Shown: positions 39,534 to 52,381 of the stretch, piece by piece
How positions within the stretch are numbered: the first letter of the stretch is position 1
Layout of the letters: each line of letters starts with the position of its first letter
Assembly: GCA_951406725.2 (NCBI GenBank)
Contig: OX597817.1
Coordinates: 107,198,001-107,262,000 of the forward strand
Length of the DNA stretch: 64,000 nt
Reading direction: 5' to 3'
Source of the DNA: Octopus vulgaris
Taxonomy: Eukaryota
Notes under the pieces: generated by a model
Seen by the model: only the letters and a program-made list of their open reading frames with translations
Databases searched by the model: none
What the model was told of the DNA's origin: nothing
Position numbers and translations under genes: made by a program

Positions 39534-40585
39534 TTTACACCATAACTATTGCATTCTGTAAATACAGTAGAATCTAACATCTTTAATATAATGATTTAAA
39601 ATATAATGATTTAAAAGTCCTTGATTAACTGAGATTAACCTTGAAATTATGAGTCAAAAGCTTTCTCCAGGGCTGTCTATATTCCACAGGTATAGGAAGC
39701 AATCCAATAAAATCAATGAACTGAAATTTTTGAATATACAGTAATAATAGTATGTGAATGGATCTAGTCTTTAAACCAACTGTTGACAGCAATGGACATA
39801 TTTCGGTCACATTGACCTTGGCGAAGCATATTCTGTTCAGGTGGCAGTACTAAGAATGATTTACATTCTGTCTATTTCAATACGCATATTGATCATTCTT
39901 GTCTTGCTCAGTAGAAAATGTTTCGCTGATAAACTCTAGTACAGTTATATATTAATATTTAGCTTTCTGAATTCAAATCCCACCAGATCCTAGTCATTCA
40001 TCCTTATGGAGTTGATACCAATCATGATATAAGGGGTTCTTAATTGGTTATACCTTTCCTATAAAATTCGATGCCTTGCACCATTGTTAGAAATCGATAT
40101 TTTAAAATATGATTAAATGGAACACGATCAAGAAGTACGTACAAGGAGGAAGGAAGGAAATCTTTATAAAATGTGTAATGTAATTAAAGTGAATAATAAT
40201 TATGTGTGTATGTACGTATACATACACATATATGCACACACACACACACACACGTAAAAGTGTTTAAAATGTGAAAATATTAGCTATAAAAGATACAATA
40301 TGAAGTTAATAATAATAATAATTAATTGTAGAAAAATAATTACAAAATATATATACAAAAAATGTATAAAATATGAAAATTTTTGAAAGTGTGTTTGCTA
40401 ATGTCTGAGAGACATTCGCAGACTGGTACTTAGCTTTGGTATTATGAAGTTAAGTGGATGTGAGATAAAACACACCCTGGATATGATGTTAGTCTAGCGA
40501 GCAACATTTCTATAATCTGATACCTATTTCTGATTACTAAGTAGAATTAACTGTAAAAGTAAAAGCAAATGAATAAATAGATATG

Positions 40586-42003
40586 GGCGCAGGTGTGACT
40601 GAGTGGTTAGGAGTTTGCTACCCAACCACATGACTCCGGGTTCAGTTCTGCTGTGTGCCACCTTGGGCAAGTGTCTTCCACTATAGTCTCGGGCTGACCA
40701 GTGTCTTGTGAGTGGATTTGGTAGGCGAAAACTGAAAGAAGTCTATCGTATCCACGCATGCACACACAAAGAAGTTCACAGGCCGACTATGAAGGAGTGA
40801 CACTACACCTGTGAAATCCCGCATGATCTAATTTAAACACTTATTAATAACTGTATTGTTTTATTTCCAGGTAAACTGACATCTGACTGTCCAAAGAAGA
40901 CATCAGAAGAAACGAGTAGTGATTTCTCTTGAAAATCGACAAAATCATGATGTTATCAAGTACCTGCAGAAAAAGTATTTAGCTCCACAAAAACGTTCAT
41001 GCTGACATGGTTGTCACATAAAGGGATGACGCTCCAGCTTTTTCACTAGTGCGAAATAGGCAACTGAATTTAAGAAATGATGGGAGAGTCTTGAAGATGA
41101 CCCAAGGTCATGACGTCTTGCGACAGTCACCACCAAGAAAAACATTGATCGTAGTGATAGATGAGAAGCGATTGATTATAAATCAAAGAGCCAATGCTAT
41201 TAACATGTCACGTGAGAGGATTGAGAATATTCTGTACTATGAACTTGGCATGACAAAAGTTTTCTGTTCGGTGGGTGCCACGTCTTCTGACACTTGATCA
41301 AAAGCGCACTTGGCTGATCACATTACGGGAAAACTTGACATTGTTTCAGGCAGATCCAGTTAGTTTCCTTGAACGTTTCTTAATCCAGGATGAATGTTGG
41401 GTTGATAATTTTGAGCCAGAGACAAAGAGACAATCCAAGCAATGAAAACACTGCTCCTCTCTTTCTCAAATAAGGTAATGGTCGTTTCATCTCCAAGGAA
41501 GGTGATGGCCTCAGTTTTTTGGGATGCAAAAGGTATTGTGTTTATTGACTACCTTCAAAAGGGCCACATCCTCAATAGAAAGTACTATGCCAACTTGATG
41601 AGGCAGTTATGAAAGGCTATCAAGACCAAGTGTCCAGAAATACTTACGAAAGGAGTCTTGTTTTATTGGACAATGCTCCAGCACACAAGTTCTTCGTTTT
41701 AAAGACTGCTGTGCGTGACTGTGGCTTTGAACTGGTTGATCACCCTTCCTATACTTCTGATTTGGCTCCATCTAACTATCATCTTTCCCACCAAAATGAA
41801 AAAAAAAAAGACACTTGGCTGGTCACTGTTGATGATTTTTTTGGTCAACAGGATGAAATTTCTTCACGAATACGATCCTGGCACTGCAACATTGATGGAA
41901 GAAGTGTATGGACCGCAAGGGGGACTATGTTGAAAAAAAGAGACCTTTTTTGGGGTCATATTCCATGAGAATATTTTCATGAGACTATAGGCTTTTCAGC
42001 CGA

Positions 42004-42061
<58 letters not shown>

Positions 42062-42210
42062 TGTGTGTTTGTCCCTCACTTAGCGGTTTGGCAAAAGACA
42101 ACAATAGAAGTACCAGTAACGGGGTTGATTCATTCGACTAAAATTTATTCAAGGTGGTGCTCCAGCATGACCGCAGTCTAATGGCTGGCACAAGTAAACG
42201 CTAAAAGATA
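40586..42210 (+). mobile_element. SINE family B split by a mariner insertion (head 40586-40750, tail 42055-42210)
   Basis: Head and tail lie in the same orientation on either side of the mariner. Confidence 0.75.
40771..42009 (+). pseudogene. mariner (DD34D) transposon, disrupted transposase
   Basis: VIKYLQKK, IQDECWV..FEPETKRQS, KVMASVFWDAKGIVFIDYL, LDNAPAH and HPSYTSDLAPSNYHL. Right TIR cttttcagccgaccctcgt. Confidence 0.92.
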
Positions 42211-42426
42211 ATTACATAGATAATAAATAAGAATCAAGAAACACCTGAAAAGGAACTGGAGTCAAAATCTATTTCTCCTTTTACTTGAAAAGAAAATCTT
42301 GCCACTGTTTTGGCGTGAATAATAGCGGACGGATCCATAAATAACGGGAGGGAAACGTAAATAAATGAAATAAATAAATTAATTTGGTCATCAGAGAGTG
42401 AGACTCCTTACCTCTTAACTCCAAAT

Positions 42427-42642
42427 ATTGATTTCAAATTTTGCCACTAGGAGCAATTTCAGGGGTGGGGATAAATCGATTACATTGACCCCAGTGTTCA
42501 ACTGATACTTATTTTATCCATCCCGAAAGGATGAAAGGCAAAGTCGACCCCGGCGGCATTTGAACTGAGAATGAAAAGTCAGAAGAAATGCTGCCTAAAC
42601 ATTTTCCCCGGTGCTGTAACGATTCTGCCAGCTCGCCGCCTT
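42427..42642 (-). mobile_element. SINE family A
   Basis: Family match with TSD aactccaaat(a/g)tt. Confidence 0.9.
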
Positions 42643-43144
42643 CTCAACTCCAAATGTTAATTTAACTAAAACCCCGCAAATAAAATTCGAAGAATTCAGT
42701 AAAATTGTTCAAATAAGTATTCCCTTTCAGAGAACCCCTTTCAATCTGTGGGAGCCTCCCACGTGGTTACAACCAAATGTCCTTCAAACATGCCCAATTA
42801 ACAAAAAGGTAAAAAAGAGAAGAAATTGAATAATGTAGCCCATAGTACATTACAGCCAGAAAACAGAATGTGCTGCATAAACCTTGATCATATGCTTGCT
42901 CTACTGGGGCCCACTTGAGGCTAAGCAACAACAACAACTACATCAACACTAATTTGTTATATGATATTTGATGAATGAAGGCTTTGGAGCAATGTTCAAA
43001 ATGAAATTGGGTCTGAAATGAAATTGGGCCAAAACTAACTTTGGCATAGGGCCACACATTTTTGGCGGAAAGCATGGAATGGATAAATCGACTTCAGTAC
43101 TTGACTAGTATCATATCGATTCCAGAATGATTTCTTTTCTACTT

Positions 43145-43232
43145 GCTGGATGGATTTGTAGTAAAGTATAGTGTCCATAATCTGTACAAGTCCCCCAAGA
43201 CCGAGGAGCTTGATGCCGTTTATGGTCCATTT
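43145..43232 (-). pseudogene. Merlin transposase fragment
   Basis: KLLGLGGLVQIMDTILYYKS resembles KLGG.G..VQIDE..L.YK. Confidence 0.45.
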
Positions 43233-43234
43233 AA

Positions 43235-44000
43235 TCAACTGCGGGTGGGAACTCGTAGGAAAGATATGCGCAGGGAAATATTCTAAATGATCGATGTTCC
43301 AGAGAAGATAGATCCGGCATAGTGATTAGGGCAGGACTAGAGCAGTTTGAATGCACCAAGGTGGAGAGATAAACGGGTTGGGGTTTCCTGCATGGCGCAG
43401 GTGCGAGATCAGCTAGCTCCAAGTAGAGCGACAGAAAAATCAGAGAGACCAGACAGAATAGATAGAGAAAAGAGGGAGTGCACCTGTATGTCAGAAGCTG
43501 GATCGTGTCAGTGATTAAATGCTAATCAATTGAGTGGCTCTTCGCTGGGTGCGATCCAGGATGTCTGTATACATAGCAACAGCACCGTTTCAGATGCGGG
43601 AGCAATTCTCTATTGTAAACCTCACTTGAGCCTTTAGAGTACCATCACCTGATAGGGGACTGAAATATTTTTCAGTCCTGAATAAAAAGGACAATCTTTG
43701 GAATACAGCTCTAAAACATGAGTGCCACTTATGTTTTGGCTGTGTGTTACGGTGGTGTTTTTTTGATAGCGTGGTGCATGCTCTCAAGATCTCCGTTTAT
43801 GGAATCAATGCAGATTTGGCGGGTGATGTTAAAGCTGAATATGAATGATGCGCGGTTAGGGAAAATCAGGGAGGAATGAATTATCATCTCATTTGCATAA
43901 AAGTGGGCGTTATTGGTTGCGGAGAAAGGTCATTGATTTTTGGAAAGAAGACAATAGTGGTGGTGATGGTGGGGAACAAAACCAAGCCCAGGCGAACAGC
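43235..44000 (-). pseudogene. CR1/L2-group LINE RT fragment
   Basis: INDL..HFYANE (decayed YADD), QRLSFLFRTEKYFSP, KAQVRFTIENCSRI and LDRTQRRA. Confidence 0.8.
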
Positions 44001-44135
44001 TGAATGATTGGGAATCGATTCCAGCAGGATATGAACTAAAAACGTAAAGACATGTATTTACTAAATACCGTAAGATAGTTTAAGCGGTGATCTACCAAAT
44101 CAGCAGTTTATCGTTCTCAAAGTAGTTTAATATTT

Positions 44136-44835
44136 AGATCTTTTCTATTTGGCTGCATTTTTTGAAATTTTAAGATTAAGTGAAAATTTTCAAATTTGGA
44201 GTATTGATGTAATTTTTCACGCTGAATCTCAGGGCCTAATTCACTTGTTCCCGAGAAAAAAAAAAAACAGTTATAAAGGTTTATAGTTTGATAATTTTTC
44301 ACCTAGTCAGAAAACAGAATTTGGAAGCTGTCATTTTGTGAATAAGACGACAAAACCAGTCGTCAACGTTGCAACGATAGTACATTAAGTATTTAATAAG
44401 TGAAAAATGACCATAGAGCGAATAAAAAACATATATTTTGTACTTTTATCCATTCAATATGCATTTAATGCGAAAACAAGAGCAAAACACATTTTGTACT
44501 TTTAAGATCAGAAAAAAAAAAAAAACTGTAAGCAAATGAAATATTTCGTAAACATACCTTTTTCGTTTTTCATAAACGCACGTGGTTTATACAGGAGAGT
44601 TCCCGACGCTTGGTTTGTTACTATAGAAATAGGCATCTATATGTTTGGTTTTCGATTGGCTTAAATAACCCCAAATTTGCAAACTTTTAAAGCTATTAAC
44701 TGCTTATTTATTGATTTATGGCGAAAATGAACTTGATATCAATAATGATAGAAAATTACACCAATGCACCAAATTTAAAATCCATTGGAACAAAATTGAA
44801 GAAAGGGACAAGTGGCAGCCAAGCAGAAAAGATCT
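44136..44835. mobile_element. Merlin-like MITE
   Basis: TIRs agatcttttctatttggctgc / ggcagccaagcagaaaagatct with 8-bp TSD taatattt/taatattc. Confidence 0.75.
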
Positions 44836-44859
44836 TAATATTCTCTTCCAATGTTTATA

Positions 44860-45398
44860 CAGGGTCAGGCAAAATGATCTGACACATTTGTAGGTTAAAT
44901 AAAAGGCAAATGAAGTAAAGAAACAAAAAAGTGTTTTTATTTTTGAAAAGTACATATAATGCCATTTTGTTTCATTATGTTTTAAAAATTAAATCAGTCA
45001 AATGGGATCCATTATTGTCCACACACTGTCGAAGGCGTTCACGAAAGTTGTCAATAACTCGGCGGGTCATTTCATGTGGAATGGCAGTAATTTCTTGACG
45101 AATTGCATCTTTAAGTTCTGGCGGTGCGAGGTCGGCCGGTTGATTTTCGTTTCAATGCAGATCCAGTAGCTCTGAAGTTGGTAACCCATAACAAGATCGT
45201 GTTTTGAGCTGGTACGGGATCGTGTCTACCAAGATTGAAGTGCAAACGGAACGCTCTTTGTGTTGCAGTTACAGAATCGTTTGTTTTGATAAACGTTTCC
45301 ACAATGAAAGCGCGATGCTCACCAGTCCAATTCATGGCAGCAACTGAAAAAGAAACGGGAAAAAATGCCTTTTATTTAACCTACAAATGTGTCAGATC
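44860..45398 (-). mobile_element. Internally deleted Tc1/mariner-superfamily element with DUF4817-type HTH
   Basis: MNWTGEHRAFIVETF..SVTATQRAFR..TGRPRTART joined to the C-terminal LKDAIRQEI..FRERLRQCVDNNGSH. TIR core gatctgacacatttgtaggttaaataaaaggca at both ends. Confidence 0.9.
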
Positions 45399-46019
45399 TC
45401 TTCCAATGTTTATATAATCTACGGTGCAATCGTTTGGACTCATATTTAGCACTGGGTCACATTGGATTAAAACTGTCCACTTTTTAAGTACTGCTTTCTG
45501 CATGATGGATCATTTTAATCCCCTTTTTAAAATTGATATAACTAGAAACCATTATTGTGTTAACTACCCAGGTTTAACAAATAACATCAATGAGTCCAAG
45601 TTGCTTGGAGAGATGATTAATACCCCACCTCGTAATTAAGTACCTAATTAAAATTAATTGCTTTTGGTAATTTTATATCCCTGCTCGTCCCCGATAGTTG
45701 AAGGAACCATTTTCAAGTTTAGTTTTTAAGAATAAAATTTATGTGCAACATGGAGCGTCTTTTTATCCTAAGATCTCGGCTTCAAAGGATTTTAAATTGG
45801 AATGGTTGCTTTTCTCTTCAAACTGTCTCCCAAAATACTAGACAAATATCTCAATCTAAAACTGCAAAAACCTTTACTTCTAAAGAACATCCTTATCTAT
45901 CACCGCACTGGACGCAGATATAGGTATAATTTTATTATAACAGTCACGTCACTGTTGTGGCTGGGTATTTCGATAAGGATATTACAGCCAAGGAATTATA
46001 ATAAAATGAGAAAAATCAA

Positions 46020-46145
<126 letters not shown>

Positions 46146-46548
46146 CGAATGAAAAACAAAATGGAGAGTTTGCAAGGCAATACGAAATCAACTCACACAA
46201 AGTGATTAAAGCGGTTAATGTTAAAATCAAGCATTAAAAAATTTGCTGTTAAATAGTGAAATGAATGGAATAAATCTTGTAATAGAAGTACAAAACTGTT
46301 TGATTATGATAGTGTCTTAAAAGTCGATGTGTGCTCCACAAAAAGTTGAATGTTAAAGAGAAGGTCAGCAAAGTGAAATATCAATGGAGGAAGTGTTTAC
46401 GTGGTCGTTCGACCTACTTGAAATAACAGCCAATTATCCTTTATATGTCACCCTTACTGTCATAAAAAATAGATACGCAGGATAATGAATTTGGTGTTAT
46501 GCACGAATTGTCACAGCTGAAATACTTTTGATCAAAAGTCGACTCATT

Positions 46549-46621
46549 ATCGTCGTCGTCATCATCATCATCGTCATCATCATCGTCATCATCATCGTCA
46601 TCATCATCGTCATCATCATCG

Positions 46622-46705
<84 letters not shown>

Positions 46706-46730
46706 ACAACAACAACAACAACAACAACAA
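46549..46730. repeat. (ATC)n/(AAC)n microsatellite
   Basis: Trinucleotide runs. Confidence 0.97.
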
Positions 46731-48589
46731 CCTACAAGCCAAAGAGGGATTTTTTATGCGTTAGCTAGATTTGCATTCTAGATATACTGTTTGAAATTAA
46801 GACGAGTTGGTCATACTAGAACGCTTTGACTACAGGCCTGTTTGAGTGAAGCTGGACTTTGATCAGAGCTAAAGAAGAATAAAATGGCAATGAAGAAAAA
46901 GAAAAGAAAAAGGAGACGATGACAAGGAAGAAGAATAAGAACAACAACGATGATGATCATAACCGCATGACATCCAGAGGAATTGTATCGAAGTTTAGAA
47001 TACTAATAGTTGAAGAAATAGCGTGTAGAAAAATATCTTGGTCTAGTTTCCATTGCTGAAATACTATCAATAGGAGTGATATGGGAAAAAGAATTATGGT
47101 AACGGTATAACCACCTTATAAAACAGCAAAGCCTTCCATAAGATTTCACATTTATAGATTATAGAATACCGAAACATCTTCAAGAAAAAAAAAAATGGTG
47201 CAGAATGTAACATTTTAGCGAAGACTATAAAACGTTAATATATTCGATAAAAAAAAAAAAAAGAACATAGTATATTGATCCCTGAACTAATATCTCGAGA
47301 AGGTCAGAAGCAGGTCAAAACTCGTATCCTGAAAAGGTCAAAATCAATAATCCTCTATGGGAAAATAACAATTTTTATATGAAGATTGAAAACGGTTGTA
47401 GACTCAAAAAGGAGGCTGCAAACTTAAAAGAAGCTTGCAGACACTTTTGTTCAAACGTCTAGAAATGGTAGTACATAATGATGTACATAATTTTGAGAAA
47501 ATAATGCATGTATGATTCTAATTATAAAAAAAAAAAAAAAAGGCTAAATTGAAATCTAAGCGAGCAAGGAATTAACCGAAGTCTGAATTAGACATCAAGA
47601 TATTATGGTAAAGATAAATATGAAGTTTGGAAGATTGGGTGACAAAGACATGGCGATTAAAAACGATTTTAAAAAGCAAGTTGAAGAGAGAATATTTCGA
47701 GTTTCATTTGTAAGAAATTAAAAGAATTGTTCGTCGAGATAACAACGATAATGGATTATATATAAGTTTTTCTTCTTGAATTACAAGCATAAAATAGATC
47801 CCTCTTAATTTTGATGGCAAAATAATACAATTGCAATTATACGGAACAGGATTTGGGAATACAAGTTTGAAATAGAGCAGAATTCACATAAGAATATGGC
47901 AGCTCTTAATTTACAACATCCATCAAAGCAGAGCATAGATAAAAGTTTTTGTAATAATCTACACACAAAAGTTAATTAGAAATTTGTGTTGTAATAAAAA
48001 GTCTTTGTAAAAATCTGCTCACATAAGTTAATGTGATAATTTGTGTCGTAGAAAAAAGTGGCATGGAAAATGTGCGTAATTTTTTCAGTGTTTTACAAAG
48101 TCAGTTGGATAATGTGTGTTAAAAAATGTTCAGATATTTTTTTGTATGTAACATTAAAAAGTTTACGAGCACAGCATTAATACTTGTAAAGATAGACTTG
48201 AATAACATTCGCGTTTTAAATCTGAGAGTAGTTATTCTATCGAGGCAATATCAAGGTAGAAGATCACTGCTAATATAGTCCTAGATAACTCTAAAAGACG
48301 TAATGCTTATGGTTAGAATGTCATCGATCATAGGCATTTCATAATAGAGTTAAATAACAGCAACAGCACATCAGACAATATGTACTTAAAGCAATATAGC
48401 TTACCAACATTATATTTATATATATTAGTGTGTTTTTGAACATTTGATGGGCTTTGGGGGAGACCATGCGCTACTCTGATTATGATACTATATAAAGCAG
48501 ACTAATTCCTCTGCATTCAGAATCCATTGGCAGAGACGACAAGAACATTCTCTAAAAAGGAACCATGCCGATCTCTTTCAGTCTCTTTT

Positions 48590-48940
48590 AAGGCGGCGAG
48601 CTGGCAGAAACGTTAGCATGCCGGGCAAAATGCATGAGTTCAAATCCCGCCGAGGTCGACTTTGCCTTTCATCCTTTCGGGGTCGATAAATTAAGTATCA
48701 GTTACGTACTGGGGTCGATGTAATCGACTTAATCTGTCCTTGTTTGTCCCCTCTGTGTTTAGCCCCTTGTGGGTAGTAAAGAAATAGGTATTTCGTCTGT
48801 CTATACGTTCTGAGTTCAAATTCCGCCGAGGTCGACTTTGCTTTATATCCTTTCGGAATCGATAAATTAAGTACCAGTTGAGTACTGGGGTCGATTTAAT
48901 CGACTGGGCCCCTCACCCCAAATTTCGGGCCTTGTAGAAA
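48590..48940 (+). mobile_element. SINE family A dimer (alternative-tail copy nested in a head)
   Basis: Tail gtccttgtttgtcccctctgtgtttagccccttgtgggtagtaaagaaata is joined to ggtatttcgtc of a second copy. Confidence 0.88.
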
Positions 48941-48949
48941 AGGAATCTC

Positions 48950-49600
48950 TTTCAAAGTTACAAAGACAATTACTACATATAGCAAAAAACAATACCGCAG
49001 TTCCACCTCCTAAATATGATTAACACGCATCTAAAATCCTCAGAGTCACCACAAATGTTTCACTTATACATTACCGAGGATATCGCCCGGCATACGCACA
49101 TACTCATCATACTTCACTTTAAAGACTGCCTTTCTTCATCATGATCGGAAAGTACTTCATCCAATCCCCAAACTATTCACTCAATAAATTTCGTGTGAGA
49201 CCGCTATAGAGAACTGATCCAACATCTGGGACAGTACTGTTGCTACACACATAGATATTATATATTCTAAAAGAGGCTACTTCACTGATTCGCGTGAAGT
49301 CGGTCACCAGCACACTCCAACCCTTGATCCACAGAAATGCTGTTTACACTTGTTGCATTCTCTACTGCTACCGCCGTGACCCCTGCTCCTTGGAATTCGC
49401 TGGTCTTGTGCCACCTTCACTCAGGTGATCCTGACTCGTGCTCCCCTTACTTATATTCCCTCCACCTCATTCTAGGCCTTACACTAGGCAATCCCCGGCC
49501 GTATTTTTCTTGTAGCTATCGATTTGCAAATGTCTAAGGCGAATATGAAATGCATCAATCCCACCGATCTCCAAAGGTCTGCAAAGGCCATAAGCATAGC
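48950..49600 (+). pseudogene. CR1/L2-group LINE 3' fragment, highly decayed
   Basis: RLPF..RKYF, RVRP and KRA..LI motifs parallel the element at 43235-44000. Confidence 0.55.
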
Positions 49601-51328
49601 CCCTACTTACTAAATCAACAAATAAACGAGGAGAAAAATCGATTCTTTATTTAATACGTATGGTATAACTTGTGTGAGAAATTGGTTGCTATTTTTTTAG
49701 CTGGTCGATGGATCACACAAACACAGAGAAGCTGTCCTTGTTGGCTGCAGATAAAATTACGATGAGAGATGAAGAAACACAAGATGGTTTAAAGGAAATA
49801 ACTGTCAGGAAAGATAAACATTACAGTGACAAACATTATGGAAAGCAAATGAGAAAAATAGCGCGGAATCAATCAGTATTATGTATTGAGAAAACAAAAA
49901 CCACTAAAGGGATTGAATTAATTATGATAGAACAAGAATAGGAGAAAAAGAACAAATCGTATCAAAGGCTGAATAGAAATGCAGCAAGCTACGTGGAGAT
50001 GTAAAGAAGACAGTTTGGACGTGTGATGAAGTAAACGAAATTGATAATTATTTGGTTAGGAAACGTATGAAAATATCCTAAAGAGATGAGGTGAAAAAAA
50101 AATCCCAACAGACGTTAGATATCGGAGAACATTCGAGAAGATTGGGATGAAAATAAACGAGAAATGACAGACGTAAGCGAGAAACAACAAAGCGATATAT
50201 AATTCTGCAGGAATTGTTTGTTCAAACAGGTCACCGTTAATAATGTAACAACTCAACTAAATGTAATACTAATTGATAAGGTAATGAATAAGCGAACTAT
50301 GTCAGGGGGAATTTTATCATTCCCCCCAGACAATAGAGGTGTTCTGTAAGGAATGAAAAGCAATCGATATTTACAGGAACTGAGCAATGGAATTAAAACA
50401 ATGGCGGAATTTATAAAGTGTCTGTAATGCTAAACAGGACTGAATATGATTAATGGTATTTTTAAAAATGTATTGCTCTGAGGATCTTCCTAGTTGACAT
50501 AACTGTATGGTTAAGAAGCTTGGTTTGCAATCTCGCGGTTTCGGATTCATTTCCATTACACGGCAACTTGAGCTAAAATCTTCTACTATTGTCTCGGGCT
50601 GACCGATACCTTGTCAGTATAAAACTGAGTGGAAGCCCGTCGTATGTGTGTATGTGTGTGTGTGAGGTGTGTGTGTGTGTGAGGTGTGTGTGTGTGTGAG
50701 GTGTGTGTGTGTGTGAGGTGTGTGTGTGTGTGAGGTGTGTGTGAGCGGTGTACTCACAATGTGTTACCAATGTTATTGTTAGTATATCAATATTATATAT
50801 TGGTCAGTAACATGTACGTGCTGCACGACGAAGAGGGGAGATTGGTGTCCATGCTTGTACTTTTCCTCGTATTTGTTTTCTGTGGTAAGAAACTTGCTCC
50901 CAACCACATGGTTCTGGGTTCAGTCCCACCGCCTGGGGGCTTGGACAAGTGTCTTCTACTATAGCTTCAGGTTGACCAAATCCTTGTGAGTGGATTTAGT
51001 AGACGGAAATATTATCCACCAATGCGATGTTGAGTACTCATTCTCATACATGCATACATACATACATACATACATACATACATACATACATACATACATA
51101 CATACATACATACATACATACATACATGCATGCATGCAAGCATACATTCAAACATGTGTGTATGTATCTGTGTTTTTTCAGTGTTTACAAATAACAGGAG
51201 AAAAATAAATAAACAGTTACCAGGGTAGCAAAAATTCGCACAAGTACCAAGGATGTAACAGCCTTCTTATAACAGTAGAAACTCCAGATTTAGGTGAAAT
51301 GTTTTGTATAATATAGATAAATAAATAA

Positions 51329-51619
51329 GTGGAGTTAAACACGGATGTTATTCAAATTCTTTTACTTCCGACATATGTTTTGAAGACAACATTGGTATTA
51401 TTCCAGAAGGAATAAAATGGTGTAAAACAATGCAATCTTCTCATCAGGGAAAGAAAGAAACCAAACACACCAATAAGACATTTTAACAGAATATGATGAC
51501 TGCGTAGAAGATTGCATTGCTTTACACCAATTTTATTCCTTCTGGAATAATACAAATGTTGCCTTCGAAACATATGTCGGAAGTAAAATAATTTTAATAA
51601 CACCTGCGTTTAACTCCAC
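51329..51619. repeat. ~113-bp inverted repeat of a Penelope-like pLTR with hammerhead motif
   Basis: Arms 51329-51441 and 51506-51619. CTGATGA...cttc(A/G)AAACATATGTC with a palindromic stem III. Confidence 0.85.
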
Positions 51620-51621
51620 CA

Positions 51622-51700
<79 letters not shown>

Positions 51701-51723
51701 ATACATACATACATACATACACA

Positions 51724-51801
<78 letters not shown>

Positions 51802-51920
51802 GTATTGGTATCCAGAAGGTAATGCTATGTAAGTGCTTTTGAAGGACCGTAGTTAAACTCTCGGTTCGATAATAATACGAGCGAGGAGTCTAATGCAGGT
51901 CTTGTATGAGCATGAATGCG

Positions 51921-52094
51921 TTAAATAAAATGAGACAACAAAGCCAAAGGTGTGTGGAATTATCAGGACATTTATGAAGAGAAAGTTAGTCTTACAGCTG
52001 TTTCTGTAGACTAACTTTCTGTAGACTAAATTTCTCTTTATAACTGTCCTGAAAATTCCACACAGCCTTGGCTTTGTTGTCTCATTTTATTTAA
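51921..52094. repeat. ~72-bp inverted repeat, Penelope pLTR-like end
   Basis: Arms 51921-51992 and 52023-52094. GAAACAGCTGTA on the minus strand at ~51993-52004. Confidence 0.85.
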
Positions 52095-52103
52095 TATATA
52101 TAA

Positions 52104-52192
<89 letters not shown>

Positions 52193-52307
52193 CATACACA
52201 TATATATATATACATACATATATATTTATACACATGTACGCACCCATTCACCCATATATAGTCTTTTATATTCTTGTATGTATATATATATTCACATATA
52301 TATATAT

Positions 52308-52378
<71 letters not shown>

Positions 52379-52381
<3 letters not shown>

